From the human T2T-CHM13v2.0 reference genome, Homo sapiens, in the NCBI RefSeq assembly GCF_009914755.1, contig NC_060947.1: a stretch of DNA of 64,000 nucleotides. The stretch is one strand, 5' to 3'. Each line of letters begins with the position of its first letter. The first letter of the stretch is position 1. Shown here one piece after another: positions 28,521 through 44,951 of the stretch. Both the position numbers and the translations under genes were made by a program. The notes under the pieces are model-generated. The model had not been told where the DNA came from and searched no databases. It saw nothing but the letters and a program-made list of their open reading frames with translations.

Positions 28521-29559
28521 TGTCTGTGTATAGCTACTCTGAAGTCATTTTTGACTGCTAATCTTGAAGTAATGTAAAGTTGCCAAATAAATTTGGTGAT
28601 CCTATTGGTTATAACTGATATTTTTAGAAGTTACTTGAATGCTTACTTATGTATTTTTGCATCTAATAATGATTGATAAATCCCAGAAATAAAAGGAAGA
28701 AAACAAAAAATCTATTCATAATGTCAGATTCTGGCATTCAAAATCCTACTCATATGTCAGTTGGAGAACAAAACTTTCAGCCAACACAGTTTGAACTGGA
28801 AGCTACCAGGATTCCTCCAGATCCAGAATGAAGGCACTTCATTTTAAATTCATATTTGAAGGGCCCTATTCATTGATGTCATGGCAATAGTAAAAGTCAT
28901 ATTTTGATTTTGTGATCTGATATATTTGTTTTTCCATTGGCACCTGGCTTCACCCTGTGGGAAGTACCTTGTCTTCTATTATCCCCATTTCTCATCTTTG
29001 TGGGAGGATATACTCCTCAAGGACTGCACAGACTGATTTGTGTGTTTTACTGTTACCATCATTTTAGAAAAAAAAATTTCTCAAAACCCTAGTAACTTTC
29101 TCATCTATTTGAGTCTAAGCAATTCCAAACACCAACAACCACATAGAAAAGTTTTCCTGGATGTAAATCTCAACTCTGATGTATTTTGTGGCTTTCTTGC
29201 TCCTTTGCATGTCTCAGCTTGATGACTTATAATTTACTGTCATCTGAAGTAATAGTTTGAAATAGATAAAGGAAACACCTAAATATGATCTTTATTTGGA
29301 AGACTGAGTTCCTTTGTTTAACTAAAAATTCTTAATGAATCTCTGTTGCTCAAAGTCTTTTTCAGTTTTATCTCCCACTCTCTGGGGTGCAAACATACTC
29401 AGATGTTCTAATCCAATAAGGCCTCAAATTCATTCAGTGTTCTCTATTATCTTTGCTATTTCCACAAGCCAGCCAAGAGTAATATTTCGAGTCCATAGCT
29501 AAAGATAATTTATTTCTTTTTATATATAAATCCAATACATTTGTTTGTAATAGATGCAC

Positions 29560-29883
29560 AGATATACTGCATACATAAGTTTAAGGATTCATCCTTCTTT
29601 CATCTTGTGGCTTCAGCGTGCCTCAGGGCCTTTGAGTACTCTGTTTAAAGTTGGCTGACTTGAAAAGACAGGCAAGGTAGAGATGCATTGGCCTTTTAAC
29701 AGTCTTTGCCTTTAAGAGACACATATCATTTCTGTTTATATTCTATCATAAGAACTAACTATGTTGCCCTTCATATATCCACAAGCATCTGAGAAATGTA
29801 GTTTATGGCTGGGCAGCCACTTCACAATGACAATTTTATAGAAGAACCATGAATTTTGATGAAAAGATAGCTGACTTTACAGC
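29560..29883 (-). mobile_element. Old MLT1 (J/K/L-like) LTR fragment
   Basis: catcttgtggct...cacatatcatttctg...tctgagaaatgtagttt. Confidence 0.55.
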
Positions 29884-30270
29884 ATTGTATATCATAAATG
29901 TGCACTTTTATTCTTCTCTAGATCATGGCATACAGATTACTTCAGTTCATTAACAGAATGTGGACTCTGGGATTTAAAATTATAGAAAATAGGAGTTAGT
30001 GAAAATGGTTTTATATGTAACCATGGAGTGAATATCTGATAGACAAGTAGCCACTGGTCTGGTCAGAATACACCTCAAATGCCAAGTGCATTCTCTACAT
30101 GGGATACTATCAAATAGCACTACAAGGTATGCTAACCACAATGCTTCCACCAGGTCTTATGTATAGTCACCACTTGTGTAGCAAAATTATCCTTGAGTTC
30201 AGAGTCAGAATTGATTCAGATATTAAGGAAATTATGAAACTTTAAGTTCCATATTAAGAAAATTAAAACA

Positions 30271-30920
30271 TTCTATAATGATTTCATTTAAGGTTACTAT
30301 GACATAAAAAGTTTCATAGCTTTTAATTAAGCACACATTTATAATAATAGTTGTTATTTTAGGTAATATCAGGGTGTTGTAAAAGAATTGCCCACTAACC
30401 TCATTTCCAGTTACCACTGACAGATGTGTAAAAACAAGTTGTCTCTCTCTCCTGATAGTGTCTGATAGTCTAACTTTCTAAATGTCTAACAACCCTATCT
30501 TTGTCCCCTTGATCCTTACACTATGATCTACTCCTTTTATCCCTCAAATTCAAAAGGTACTCTAATCCTGAAATATCAGGTCAATACCCACTCTCCTTAG
30601 AGAACATTCTCTGATTGCTTTTAAGATCTTTCAAGTGAAAAATTGCATATATCTTATTTGAAGGTATTTAGAATCTAAAAAAAAAGATATAAATTTTGCC
30701 TCATTTTAGTACTTTTACGTGAAAAATCTATGCTTGGGACTTCTATAATGATTGGATTTTAGGTTAATATGACTTAAAAAGCGTTCGTATCTTTTAATTA
30801 AGCACACATTCATATTAATAGTTATTATTTTAGGTAATATCAGGGTGTTATAAAAATTGCCCAGTAGCCTCACTTCCAGTGATCACTGACAGATGTATGA
30901 AAACAAGTTGTCTCTCTCTC
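30271..30920 (+). repeat. Spaced direct duplication of ~180 bp (30271-30451 and 30741-30920)
   Basis: Both copies run ttctataatg...gcacacatt...aggtaatatcagggtgtt...cactgacagatg...aacaagttgtctctctctc; roughly 88% identical by eye. Confidence 0.93.
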
Positions 30921-31647
30921 AATAATCTATTTTATAATTCAAGTGCTAAAGAGAATGCTGATGTATTGATTGATAAAATTTAATCGCAGTTATTTTATGA
31001 GTTGCTTATTGTTGGAGTTAAGAGGGAGTGAATAAGAACTGCAAATGAAAAATGAATTGTATATTTGGGGAAAAGAGAAAATAGTCTCACAGTTATTACT
31101 TAATGTTTAATAATATACCAAAAATAGATTACATCAAAAGAGAAAGGAACCTATGAGATATGTGACTCAGAATAATTCTTTATAGTCATATGAGAAATTA
31201 AGCCTATAAATTAATGTGAATATATATTTGTTTATATATGTGAACACAAATTGGTGTCTTAGATCATTTTAATTCAAGCAAAACCATTTCTTTAAAAATA
31301 GAGATTCTAGCATCAGTTGAATCCAAAGAATCACATGCAAATTAGTTGCTAAAGGACTGTATTCCTAAATAAGATCTCTGTACCAACCTATTCCTTCACA
31401 ATTTCTTTTTAGAGAAAACATAATTACATTGTTTTGCTAACATTTTTTGAGGACTGCACCTAGTTCATCGATTGGCAAAATATTTTTCTTTTCTAAAGCT
31501 TTATATAACAATAAAACTACTTTAGCATTGATTTTGATATTAGGCTATAGGTGCTATAATACCAAAAAATAAAAATTCATACACACATACACACTAATGA
31601 ACCCTTTTACTGAAACCAAAACATCTTTCTGAGAATAAATGTAGTGT

Positions 31648-34600
31648 TGTTAAATCAAGTTTAGCCTAAAGCTGCCTCCTTACAAATTTTAAGTTTGTCC
31701 TAAAAGTTTCTCTGCACATTGTGAACTATAAAAAGTGGAAGTGTAAACACATCATAGCCTACACTTGTGCCAATCACCGAGTTTTGCCCAATCAAATGTA
31801 GCCAACTGTTTGAATTGTGTTCAAATAAGGCAAATGCTGAGCTATAGCCAATCCAGCTCCTTCTGTACCTCATTTTCATTTTCTGTTCGTCACTTTTCTT
31901 TTTCTGTCCCATAAATCTTCCACCACGTGGCTGCAGTGGAGTCTCTGAGCATACTCTGGCTTGGTAGGCCACCTGATTCGTGAATTGTTCATTGCTCAAT
32001 GAAGTGGGATCCATAATAGAGTTTCAAACAACCCCCAGGAGTGCTGAGTGACCAAGCAAGCTACCTGCCAGACTCACTGTGTTCATTGCTCTCTCAGAGA
32101 AGCTAGGAATCGTGGTAAGATCTCTGCTAGATTCTGAGGCTCTACGGATTTGGGTTTTAAGCTCTCTGAGTTTCTTCAAGCAAATTTCTGATCCAAACTG
32201 GGTTTGGAAGTCACAATAGAAACTTGACTGGGCCCAGGATCAGATTGGATCTGGTAATTAACTGGCTTGGATCCAGTTAGAGGCCTCTTACATCTGACTG
32301 GGTCAAAGAAACCAGTAGTAAATGGCAATATTGCAGGGGGTGTTAAATTTGGCTTTGGAAAACTCACAGGAATTTTTGTTTTCTACCCCTTTATTTCATT
32401 CTTCTTGTGTACTTAGGCAAAAAATCACTGGCTAAGTTGAGAAGGGGAACATGAGAGCAAAGTCAATATTTGAAGTAAAAATGGGATCCTTAATTTCTGA
32501 AGAACTGAGTTCCTTCAGCTCACACATGCATAAGTATCAGGCCCAGGAAGCAGCAAAGTCTTACAGAAATGGCAAAATGTTACTAAAGATAACTTACAGT
32601 GGAAAACTCCAAAAAAAAATGAAGCCTCCCAAATTAGTCTCATCTAAGGATGCCTAATGATATGCAGAAACTTCTAAAATTTTTTCAATATTTTTATTTA
32701 AAGCTTTTACAAAAGGCAAATAAAAAGCTTAAGCAATTACTTAATATAAAAAATTAAATCTGCTAACTTTTTGGCTTAGTTACTATCCCGATCCAAAGGA
32801 AATCGACTTCAGTACCAATTAGTTGACTTTTGGTAAGTAGTGGGGTACGTTTGACCTGGGCAAAGAATGGAATTGAGTTTGAGGCCCAACTTAGGAAGTT
32901 TAGATTCCCTCCTAAGACATAGGGAGTTAGAGGCCCTCCCCTCATTAAAATCTCTCTTGGTTAAAAACGGATTTGGCACTATGTGATGTTAACTCCTATT
33001 CTCTTTGGATTAATCGGCCTTGCACTTTTTGCTGATGGCTATGGGTGACAGGATTAGGCATGTACAGGATCATAGGACATGGGGAACTTTTTTCTCCCCA
33101 AAGGGGGAAACTTGAGAGCTTATAGGATTGCTGGAAAAGATCACTTCCAGCAAGTGACAAGTAGCCACTTGAACTTTTGATTCAGTATCTCCGCAATGGA
33201 TGGGTCTTTCTCTGGCCTCCCTGAGCTCTTTGCCTTCCCCACCCCACCACAGGCAATGCTTTTCTTTATCTCTTTCTCTCCTTTTCCTTTTCTCTTTTTT
33301 CTGTTATTCAGGGTGACCATCTTGCCCAGAGACCACATGTTGCAACTCCTCATTGGAGGCAAAGATGACAGAGCCCAACCAGGGGAAAGATCAAGCCATC
33401 CCAGTTTGATATTGGGTGCTAAGCAGAGTAGCTAATGTGTATGCTTTGTCACAGAGAAGTATCTGTACAGCCTCTGTCACTTGTGACCTATAAAGAAATA
33501 CGTCACATCATGTATTAGAGAGATTCGGTTGTAGGGGATTAACAAAGAGACTGCTTAGTTAAGTGAGCAAACTCTATCTAGCTCATTCTTTGATCTATTT
33601 AATTTTAGATGGTTTGGTTTATGGGGATCCTAAATAAGGAGCATACTCCAAACTCTTGATATTATCCTCCTAATAGTCATAATAGTATTTCTGCTGGTGT
33701 GCTGTATTCTCCCAAAAGTTTTAAATGTTTCCATGTAGCAATCTCTAGAATGTCAACTGGTCTCTCTTCAACTGCAATGACAAAAGCTGAAAAAAATGTG
33801 TGACCATAAGGGAGCCATAACCTATGAATGACACGCTGAGACCGGAAATGCAAAATGATGGTAACTGAGAGTGATGCTAAGGCCCTACATTTTGGTCACG
33901 CTCTTCCCTAAGTAAGAACCTGACCAAAGAGGGGAAATTTTTAAACAAAATTGTGGGAGGCCATTGTTTTGGACTGAGCTCATGTACTAGGCCCCAGACC
34001 AAATCAAAATGAAGTCACTCATGCTAAATGTGGCATAATCAAACTAAGATTTTAAGGAAACACAAAGATCCTAGAACAGACCCAGTTTTGGGTTTTTTTT
34101 TTTCTCCTGTAAACAGGACATTCACCCATAAGTAAGTACCATCTACTCTAACCCATAAAACAAACAAACGAACAAACAAAAAACTGAAGGCCTTGTTCCC
34201 ACCTTGCAAAACCCACTCTTCTACTGTTTTTCAGTAGGTTTCAAGACCAAATAACTACGTTTACAATGGTGATAGTGACATCAATGAGCAAAGTTTCAAT
34301 CAATCTCTCAAAACTGAGAAGATGACCAAAAGGAGGGAATTGTTAAATCAATTTTAGCCTAAAGCTGCCTCTTTCCATATTTTAAGTTCAGCCTAAAGTT
34401 TCCTCTGTAAGTTGTGAACTATAACCAGTGGAAGTATAAACAGACCATAGGTTACACTTGTGCCAGTTGCTGAGTTTGGGCCAATCAAATATAGCTAACT
34501 GTTTGAACCGTGTTCAAATAAGGCAAACACCAAGCTGTAACCAATCCGGCTGTTTCTGTAACTCACTTCCATTTTCTGTACGTCACTTTCTCTTTTTTTT

Positions 34601-34748
34601 TTTTTTGTCAATAAGTCTTCTTCCCCCACATGACTGTGCTGGAGTCTCTGAGCATACTCTGGCTCAGAAGGCTGCCCAATTTGTGAATCATTCATTGCTC
34701 AATTAAACTCTTTTAAAATTTAATTTGGTGGAGGTTTTTATTTTATCA
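31648..34748 (+). mobile_element. MER57 (ERV1) provirus: 5' LTR 31648-32000, deleted internal region, 3' LTR 34341-34748
   Basis: Both LTRs start tgttaaatcaa.tttagcctaaagctgcctc. PPT aaaaggagggaat precedes the 3' LTR. TSD gtgt/atgt (4 bp, 1 mismatch). Confidence 0.88.
33460..33730 (+). pseudogene. ERV env TM-subunit remnant
   Basis: From 33586 reads FFDLFNFRWFGLWGS*IRSILQTLDIILLIVIIVFLLVCCILPKVLN, a membrane-proximal plus transmembrane pattern with an in-frame stop. Confidence 0.7.
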
Positions 34749-35739
34749 ATGTCTACAATGGGAAACTTTTCTCAGTAAAAATGGATGCAGTAATATGGGT
34801 GGTCTTTCTCTCACATTATGCCACCTTTATGGGGTGAGAAAATAAGAACTTTATTCCCAGTAGGATACACAAAATGAGAGTAGTGAATCATAGCAGTGGT
34901 AGAGGCAATTTTTGTCAACAAAGAAAAAAATTTTCAAGTGCAACATATTTAAGTGAGCATGCACAGGCGAGATAGGTGTAATATAGGTAAACATGATTTT
35001 CAGGGCTTGTACAATCAGATTAACAATCCTGCTAAAAATTTCCCAAGCATAAATCCTTAATATGTGGTGAACATAGAATCTGTGTTAGAGAGGGGACACA
35101 TGAATGTTGATGAACCTGTCTCACGGACAACACCAAAGTCAGTACTATGTTATCTTACTAGGAGAGTGGAAATTACTCCAGTCAGAAAAAAACCTCTTTC
35201 CACAAGAATTTATGAGATGAATAAGCAAACACATTTCACATGTTAAGATACCAAACTTTCTTCATTAAATTTTTATGAAATGCACACATTGCTGTCAATG
35301 GTAACAGCAAATTAATTCACCTCCAAAAGCAATATTCCCAATTTGGTGGATAGTCTCTATATGTTAGCAAATTACATTTGGGTGGTTGGATACATTTCAA
35401 GTGGATTGAATAATGAACTTGTATTAGTTGTGAATATGTCATTTCTTCTTAAAGTGCTACCTAAGATAATAATTCAAAAAGCAAGTGAGACAAAAATTGT
35501 AAACTGTTAAAATACAATTACTCAGCATCAAGATAATAAAACAATGTCTCTCGTTTCCTTATTTCAGTGAAAGTACATATTGTGGCTTACAATATCTACA
35601 CATTTTGTCTGTGACATTTAAAAATATTTTTATTCTCGTTTTGTGAAGTAGTTTTTATGTACAGTAAAAATTATTTTTTGGAAGTAAGAATTTATATATT
35701 GGGGCAGGGGAAAAAAGAAAAAATAATACATGCATGCAT

Positions 35740-35860
35740 AGATATAGATAAAGCAAATGTTGAAAGTTTTAATAATTGGCAAATTCAGGTGTAGGGTATG
35801 CAAGGGCTTCATTATCCTAATCTTTTTATGTATGTAATTTTAAAGTTTCAAAACAAAACA
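35740..35860 (+). mobile_element. Old L1ME/MC 3' fragment
   Basis: aaagcaaatg...aataattggcaaattcaggtgtagggtat...ttcattat. Confidence 0.45.
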
Positions 35861-35896
35861 TTGAGAAAATACAAAAACAAAACACTATTAAAACAT

Positions 35897-38365
<2,469 letters not shown>

Positions 38366-41262
38366 AATTTTTAAAATGTTCACATTTTGTTAAGTATAAG
38401 TGGATAATCATCATGATTCAATAATTTGAAAACCTTGATGCAGCAAATTACTTTGTTCAGAAAACATATTTCTCAAATAATGTTGTTCAGCCATATTTGT
38501 CCTTCTCTAACTCATATTTTTAAAATTAAATATTTCTTTCTTAACTGTTTCTTACCAATGAACTTTCTTTATAGATAATTTCTTTACTGAAAATAGAATG
38601 AAAGTACTTGCAATATATGATGAAATGCCCAGGGGAGCAAAACGACTGAATAGAAGCCTCTACCAATTGTCCTCCCTGCAGGAACACCAAATTTCACATC
38701 TACACAAAAAAGCACATTAATAAGAACCAAAAATCAGGTGAGTAACCACAGTACCTGGTTTTAACTTTATATCATTGAAGAAAGCACCGAAGAGGGCAGA
38801 AAATATAATCTTGAGTTGCTGATGCCACCCCTACCACATCAACCAGCAGCAGCCCTGTTGCCCAGAGAGACAATCTGTGCTCTAGGGAGAGGAAAAGAAT
38901 TGTGATTGTGAGACTTTGCATTGGCACTCAGTGCTGTCCTATCACAGTGAAAGCAACATCACACAGAACTCAGCCAATGCCTGTGGAGGGAGCATTTAGA
39001 CCATATCTAAGCAGAGGGGAATCATCCATCCCAGTGGCTCTAACTTGAGGTCTGGCAAGACTAGCCACTGTAAACTAAAGTCCTGTAGAGTACTTAATTA
39101 ACTTGAAAGGCATTCTAGGCCACAAAGCCTGCAACTCCCAGGCAAGTCCTAGTGCTGTGCTGGGCTTGGAGCCACTGTACTTTGGGGGCACACAACCTAG
39201 TGAGACAATGGAATGGCCAAGGGAATGCTTCCGCCACCCCACTTCCAATACCAGGCAATGCAGCTCACAGCTCTTAAAGAGACTCCTTCCTCCCACTTGA
39301 GGAAAAGAGAGGGAAGAGTAAAGAGGACTTTGTCTTGCAACATGGAGACCAGCTCACCCACAGTAATAGGGCACCAGGCAGAGTCTTCAGGTCCCCATTA
39401 CAGGCTCTAGGTCCTGGATGACATTTCTAGTCATACCCTGAGCCAGAAGGAAACTCGCTGCCTTGAAGAGAAGGACCCAGTCCTAATAGTATACATCATC
39501 TTCTGACTAAAGGGCTCTTGGTTCCTGAATAAACAATCGCAGTAGTCCAGTAGTACCTGGCATGGGCTTTGGGTGGGACTCTGAGACCTGCTAGCTTAAG
39601 GTGTGACCCAGAACATTTACAGATGTGGTGGCTATGAGGACAGACTCCTTCTGCTCTTGAGAAGCAGAAAGAAAAGGAGTCTTTCTCTTGCACCTCAGGT
39701 ACCAGCTCAGCCACGGTGAGGTAGAGCACATAGTGGACTTTTTGGGACCCCAATTCTAGGCTTTGGCTCTTGGATGTTATTTGTGGACCTTTCTTGGGCC
39801 AGAGTAGAGCCAACTTCCCTGAAGGGTGAATCCCGGGCCTGGCAGCATTCACTACTAGCTGACTAAAAAGCCCTTGGACCTTGAGGGTATATTGCTGGTC
39901 ACCTGGCAGTACTCCCTGTGGGCATGTGGGGATGGAGGGCATGGGGAGAGAATCCCCGCTTCTGAAAAGAAGAGGAAAAAGTGAAAAAGACTTTGTCTTG
40001 TGGCTTGCATGCCAGCTCAGACACAGACGAATAGAGCAGCAGGTAGATTTCTAAGGCCTCTGACTCTAGACCCTAGATTCTGGGTAACATTCCTGAACTT
40101 GTCCTGGGCCACCATGAAGGGAAAAAGCAAGCCTGGCTGATTCCACCACTTACTAATCGTAGAACCCTAGAGACTTAAGTGAACAAAGGCAGCAACTAGA
40201 TAGTGATTACAATGGGCCTTGCACAAGACCCAGTGCTGTGTTGTCCCACACAGCAGTCCCAGTGATGTTGACCACAGGGGTGGTTATGTCACCCCTCCCC
40301 AAGCTCCAAGCAACTCAGCACAGAGAGAGAGAGACCCTGTTTGTTTTGGAGAAAGCACGAGAAGAGAACAAGAGTCTCTGCCTAGTAATTCAGATAATTC
40401 TCCTAGATTTTATCCAAGACCACCATGGCAGTACTTCTATAAGTATGAAAAAGCCACAGTCTTTTTGGGCTGGGGGTGCACTATGATGCAGATACAGCTT
40501 AAGTGACCAAAAACTTAGATAAAAACACCAAAGTCCCTTTGAATACTTGGAAAGCCTTCCCAAGAAGGACAGGTATAAACTAGCTCAGACTGCAAAGACT
40601 ACAATAAATACTTAATTCTTTAATGCTCAAAAACTGATGAACATTCACAACCATCAAGACCATCCATGAAAACATGACCTCACCAAAATAACTATAGAAA
40701 GTCACCAGGGACAAATCCTGGTGAAACAGAGTTCTGTGACCTTTCAGAGAATTCAAAATGCCTTTATTGAGGAAACTCAATGAAATTCTACATAACACAC
40801 AAAAGAAATTGAGACTTTTACCAGATAAGTTTAATAGATATTCAAATAATTAAAGAGAATCAAGCAGAATTGCTGGAGTTGAAAAATACAACTGTCATCC
40901 TGAAGGATGCATCAGAGGCTCTTAATAGCAGAATTGATCAAGCAGAAGAAAGAAAGAATTCGTGAGCTTGGAGACAGGGTATTTGAAAATACATAGTCAA
41001 GAGAGACAAAAGAAAAAAGAAAAAGAAAAATACATACCTATGAGATCTAGAAAATAGCCTGAAAACAGCAAATCTAAGACATATTGCCCTTAAAGAGGAG
41101 GTAGAGAGAGATAAGGATAGAAAGTTTATTCAAGCCGTTCATAACAGAGACCTTCTCAAACCTATTAAAAGATATCAATCTTCAAGTACAAGAAAGTTAT
41201 AGAATGCCAAGCAGATTTAACCCAAAGAAGATTACCTCAAGGGATTTAATAATCAAAGTCCT

Positions 41263-41561
<299 letters not shown>

Positions 41562-42473
41562 TCAAAGTCCCAAAACTCAAGGATAAAGGATCCTAAAAGC
41601 AGCAAGAGAAAAGAAACAAATAACATACAATGCACTCCAATAGGCAGCAGACATTCAGTGGAAACCTTACAGGCCAGGAGAGAGTGACATGACATATTGA
41701 AAGTGCTGAAGGAAAATAACTTCTACCTTAGACTAGTATATCCAGTGAAAATATTCTTTAAGCATGAAGAAATAAGGACCTTCCCAGGAAAACAAAAGCT
41801 GAGGAATTTCATCAACACCACACCTGTCCTGCAAGAAATGCTAAAGGGAGTTCTTCAATCTGAAACAGAAGGATATTAATGAACAATTAAAAATTGTCTG
41901 AAGGTACAAAACTTACCAGTAATAGTAGGAATACAGAAAAACACAGAATATTATAACACTTTAATTGTGGTGTGTAAACTACTCATATCTTGGGTAGAAA
42001 GACTAAAAGAGGAAATGATAAAAATAATAACTATAAAACCATTCAATACATAGGGAGTAAAATAAGAATTAAATAGAAACAACAATAAGTTAAAAAGTGG
42101 AGGGATTAAGTTAAAATATAGAGTTTTTATAAATTTTCCTTTTGCTTTTTTATTTATGTAATCAATGTTAAATTTTCTTCAGTTTATAATAATGGGTTAT
42201 AAGATAGTATTTGCAAGCCTCATGGTAACCTCACATGAAATACATACTACAGGTAAACAAAATTGAAAAACAATAAATTAAAACATACCACCAGAGACAA
42301 TAATCTTCCCTGAAAGGAAGACAGGAAAGATGGAAGTAAAGAAGAGAAGACCACAAAACAACTAGAAAACAAATAACAAAATAGCAAGAGTAATTCCTTC
42401 GTTATCAATAATAACATTAAAAATAAAAGAAACTCTCCAATCAAAATACATAGAATGGATGAATGAATTTTTA

Positions 42474-42848
<375 letters not shown>

Positions 42849-43359
42849 TTAAACTTTTTAAAAAATATATAAAAAATTGAAAAACCTTTAGCAAGACTAA
42901 GAAAAAAAGAGAGAAGACACAAATAAATAAAAGCAGAGATGAACAAGGAGACATTATTCCTGATACCGAAGGAATTTAAAAGATCATTAGATGCTTCCAT
43001 GAACAACTATATGGTAATAAACTGGAAAACCTAAAAAAAATGGGCAAATTTCTAGTCACTTAAAATCTACCAAGATTGAGCCATGAAAATTCCAAAATCT
43101 GAGTAGGGCCATAACAAGTACCAAGATTGAAGCCATAATAAAAAGTCTCCAGCAAAGAAAAGTCCAGACCCCCATAGTTTCGTTGTGGTATTTTATCAAA
43201 CATTTTAAAAGAACTAGTACCAATCCTACTCAAACTATTTCAAAAAATAAAGGAAGAGAGGATACTTCCAAACTTATTCTACGAGGCCAGTATTACCGTA
43301 TACCAAAACCAGACAAAGACACACACACAAAAATACAGGCCAATACCCTTGATGAACAT

Positions 43360-43772
43360 TTTTTAAAACATTTATTTTAAGTTTAGGGGTAAAATTGCAG
43401 ACTTATTATATAAGTAAACTTGTGTCATGGGAGTTTGTTGTACAGATTATTTTTTCACCCAGGTATTAAGCATAGTAACGATTAGTTATTTTTCCTGATC
43501 CTTTCCTTCCTTCCACCCTCCACCATCCAAAAGGCCCCAGTGTGTGTTGTTCCCCTTGATGCGTCCATGTGTTCTCATCATTTAGATTCCACTTATAAGT
43601 GAGAGCATGCAATATTTGGTTTTCTGTTTCTGTGTTAGTTTGCTAAGGATAATGGCCTCCAGCTCCATCCATGTTCCTGCAAAAGATATGAGCTAGCTCT
43701 TTTCTATGGCTGCATAGTACTCCATGGTGTATGTGTACCACATTTTCTTTATCCATTCTATCATTGATGGGT
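43360..43772 (-). mobile_element. L1PA13-like 3' fragment
   Basis: Antisense L1PA 3' UTR; TSD ccttgatgaa at 43347-43356 and 43773-43782. Confidence 0.88.
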
Positions 43773-44007
43773 CCTTGATGAAGACTGATGCAAAAATTCT
43801 GAACAACATACCAGCAAAACAAATTCAACAACATATTAAAAAGATAATGACCAAGTGGGATTTATTCCAGGGATGCAGAAATGGTTTCAGATTGACAAAG
43901 CAATCAGTATGATACATTATATTAACAGAATGAAGGAAAGAAATTACATGGTCATTTCAATTGATACTGAGTAAACATTTGATAAAATTCAACATTCTTT
44001 CATTACT

Positions 44008-44951
44008 CAATCTATGCATTTGATGAAGGCCTAATATCCAGCATCTATAAAGTACTTAAACAAATTTACAAGAAAAAGAAAACACTAACAAAACCATTAA
44101 AATGTAGGCAAAGGACACGAGAAGACACTTTTCCAATGAAGGCATACATGGGGCCAACAATCATATGAAAAAAAGCTCAACATCACTGATCATCAGAGAA
44201 GTGTATGTCAAAACCACAATGAGATACTATCTCATACCAGTCAGAATGGTTAATTATTAAAAAGACAAAAAATAACAGATGATGGCGAGATTGTGGAGAA
44301 AAAGGAATGCTGATACACTCTTGGTAGGAGTGTAAATTAGTTCAGCCATTGTGGAAGACAGTGTGGTGATTCCTCAAAGACCTAAAAACAGAAATTCTAT
44401 TTGACTCAGCAATCTCATTACTGGTTATATACCTAAAGGAATATAAATCATTCTGTTATAAAGAAACATGGATGCATATGTTCATTGCAGCACTATTCAC
44501 AATAGCAAAGACATGGAATCAAACTAAATGCTCATCAATGATAGACCGAATTTCAAAATGTCGTACATATACACCATGGAATACTATGCAGACATAAAAA
44601 AGAATGAGACCATAAAAAAGAATGAGTTCTTTGAAGGAACATGGATGAAGCTGGAGACCACTATCCTTAGTAAACTAACGTAGGAACAGAAAACCAAATA
44701 CTGCATGTTCTCAGTTATAAGTGGGAGCTAAATGATGAAAACACATGGACGCATAGATGAAAACAACACAAACTGGGGCCTATTGGAGGGTGGAGGGTGA
44801 AAGGAGGGAGAGGGTCAGGAAGAATAGCTAATGGGTACTAAGTAAGTTTAATACCTAGGTCATGAAATAATCTGTACAACAAACCCCGATGACACAAGTT
44901 TACCTATGTAACAAACATGCACACATGCCCTTGAACTTAAAAGTTAAAAAA
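44008..44951 (+). mobile_element. L1PA13-like 3' fragment
   Basis: Sense ORF2 end and 3' UTR ending cccttgaacttaaaagttaaaaaa; host L1MA ORF2 resumes afterwards. Confidence 0.85.

Noticed and set aside
38631-40500. CpG island or host promoter
   Set aside because: GC-richer but CpG-depleted; explained by an old L1 5' UTR
44593-44626. Small tandem duplications inside L1s (also ~36308 and ~23245)
   Set aside because: Ordinary slippage duplications
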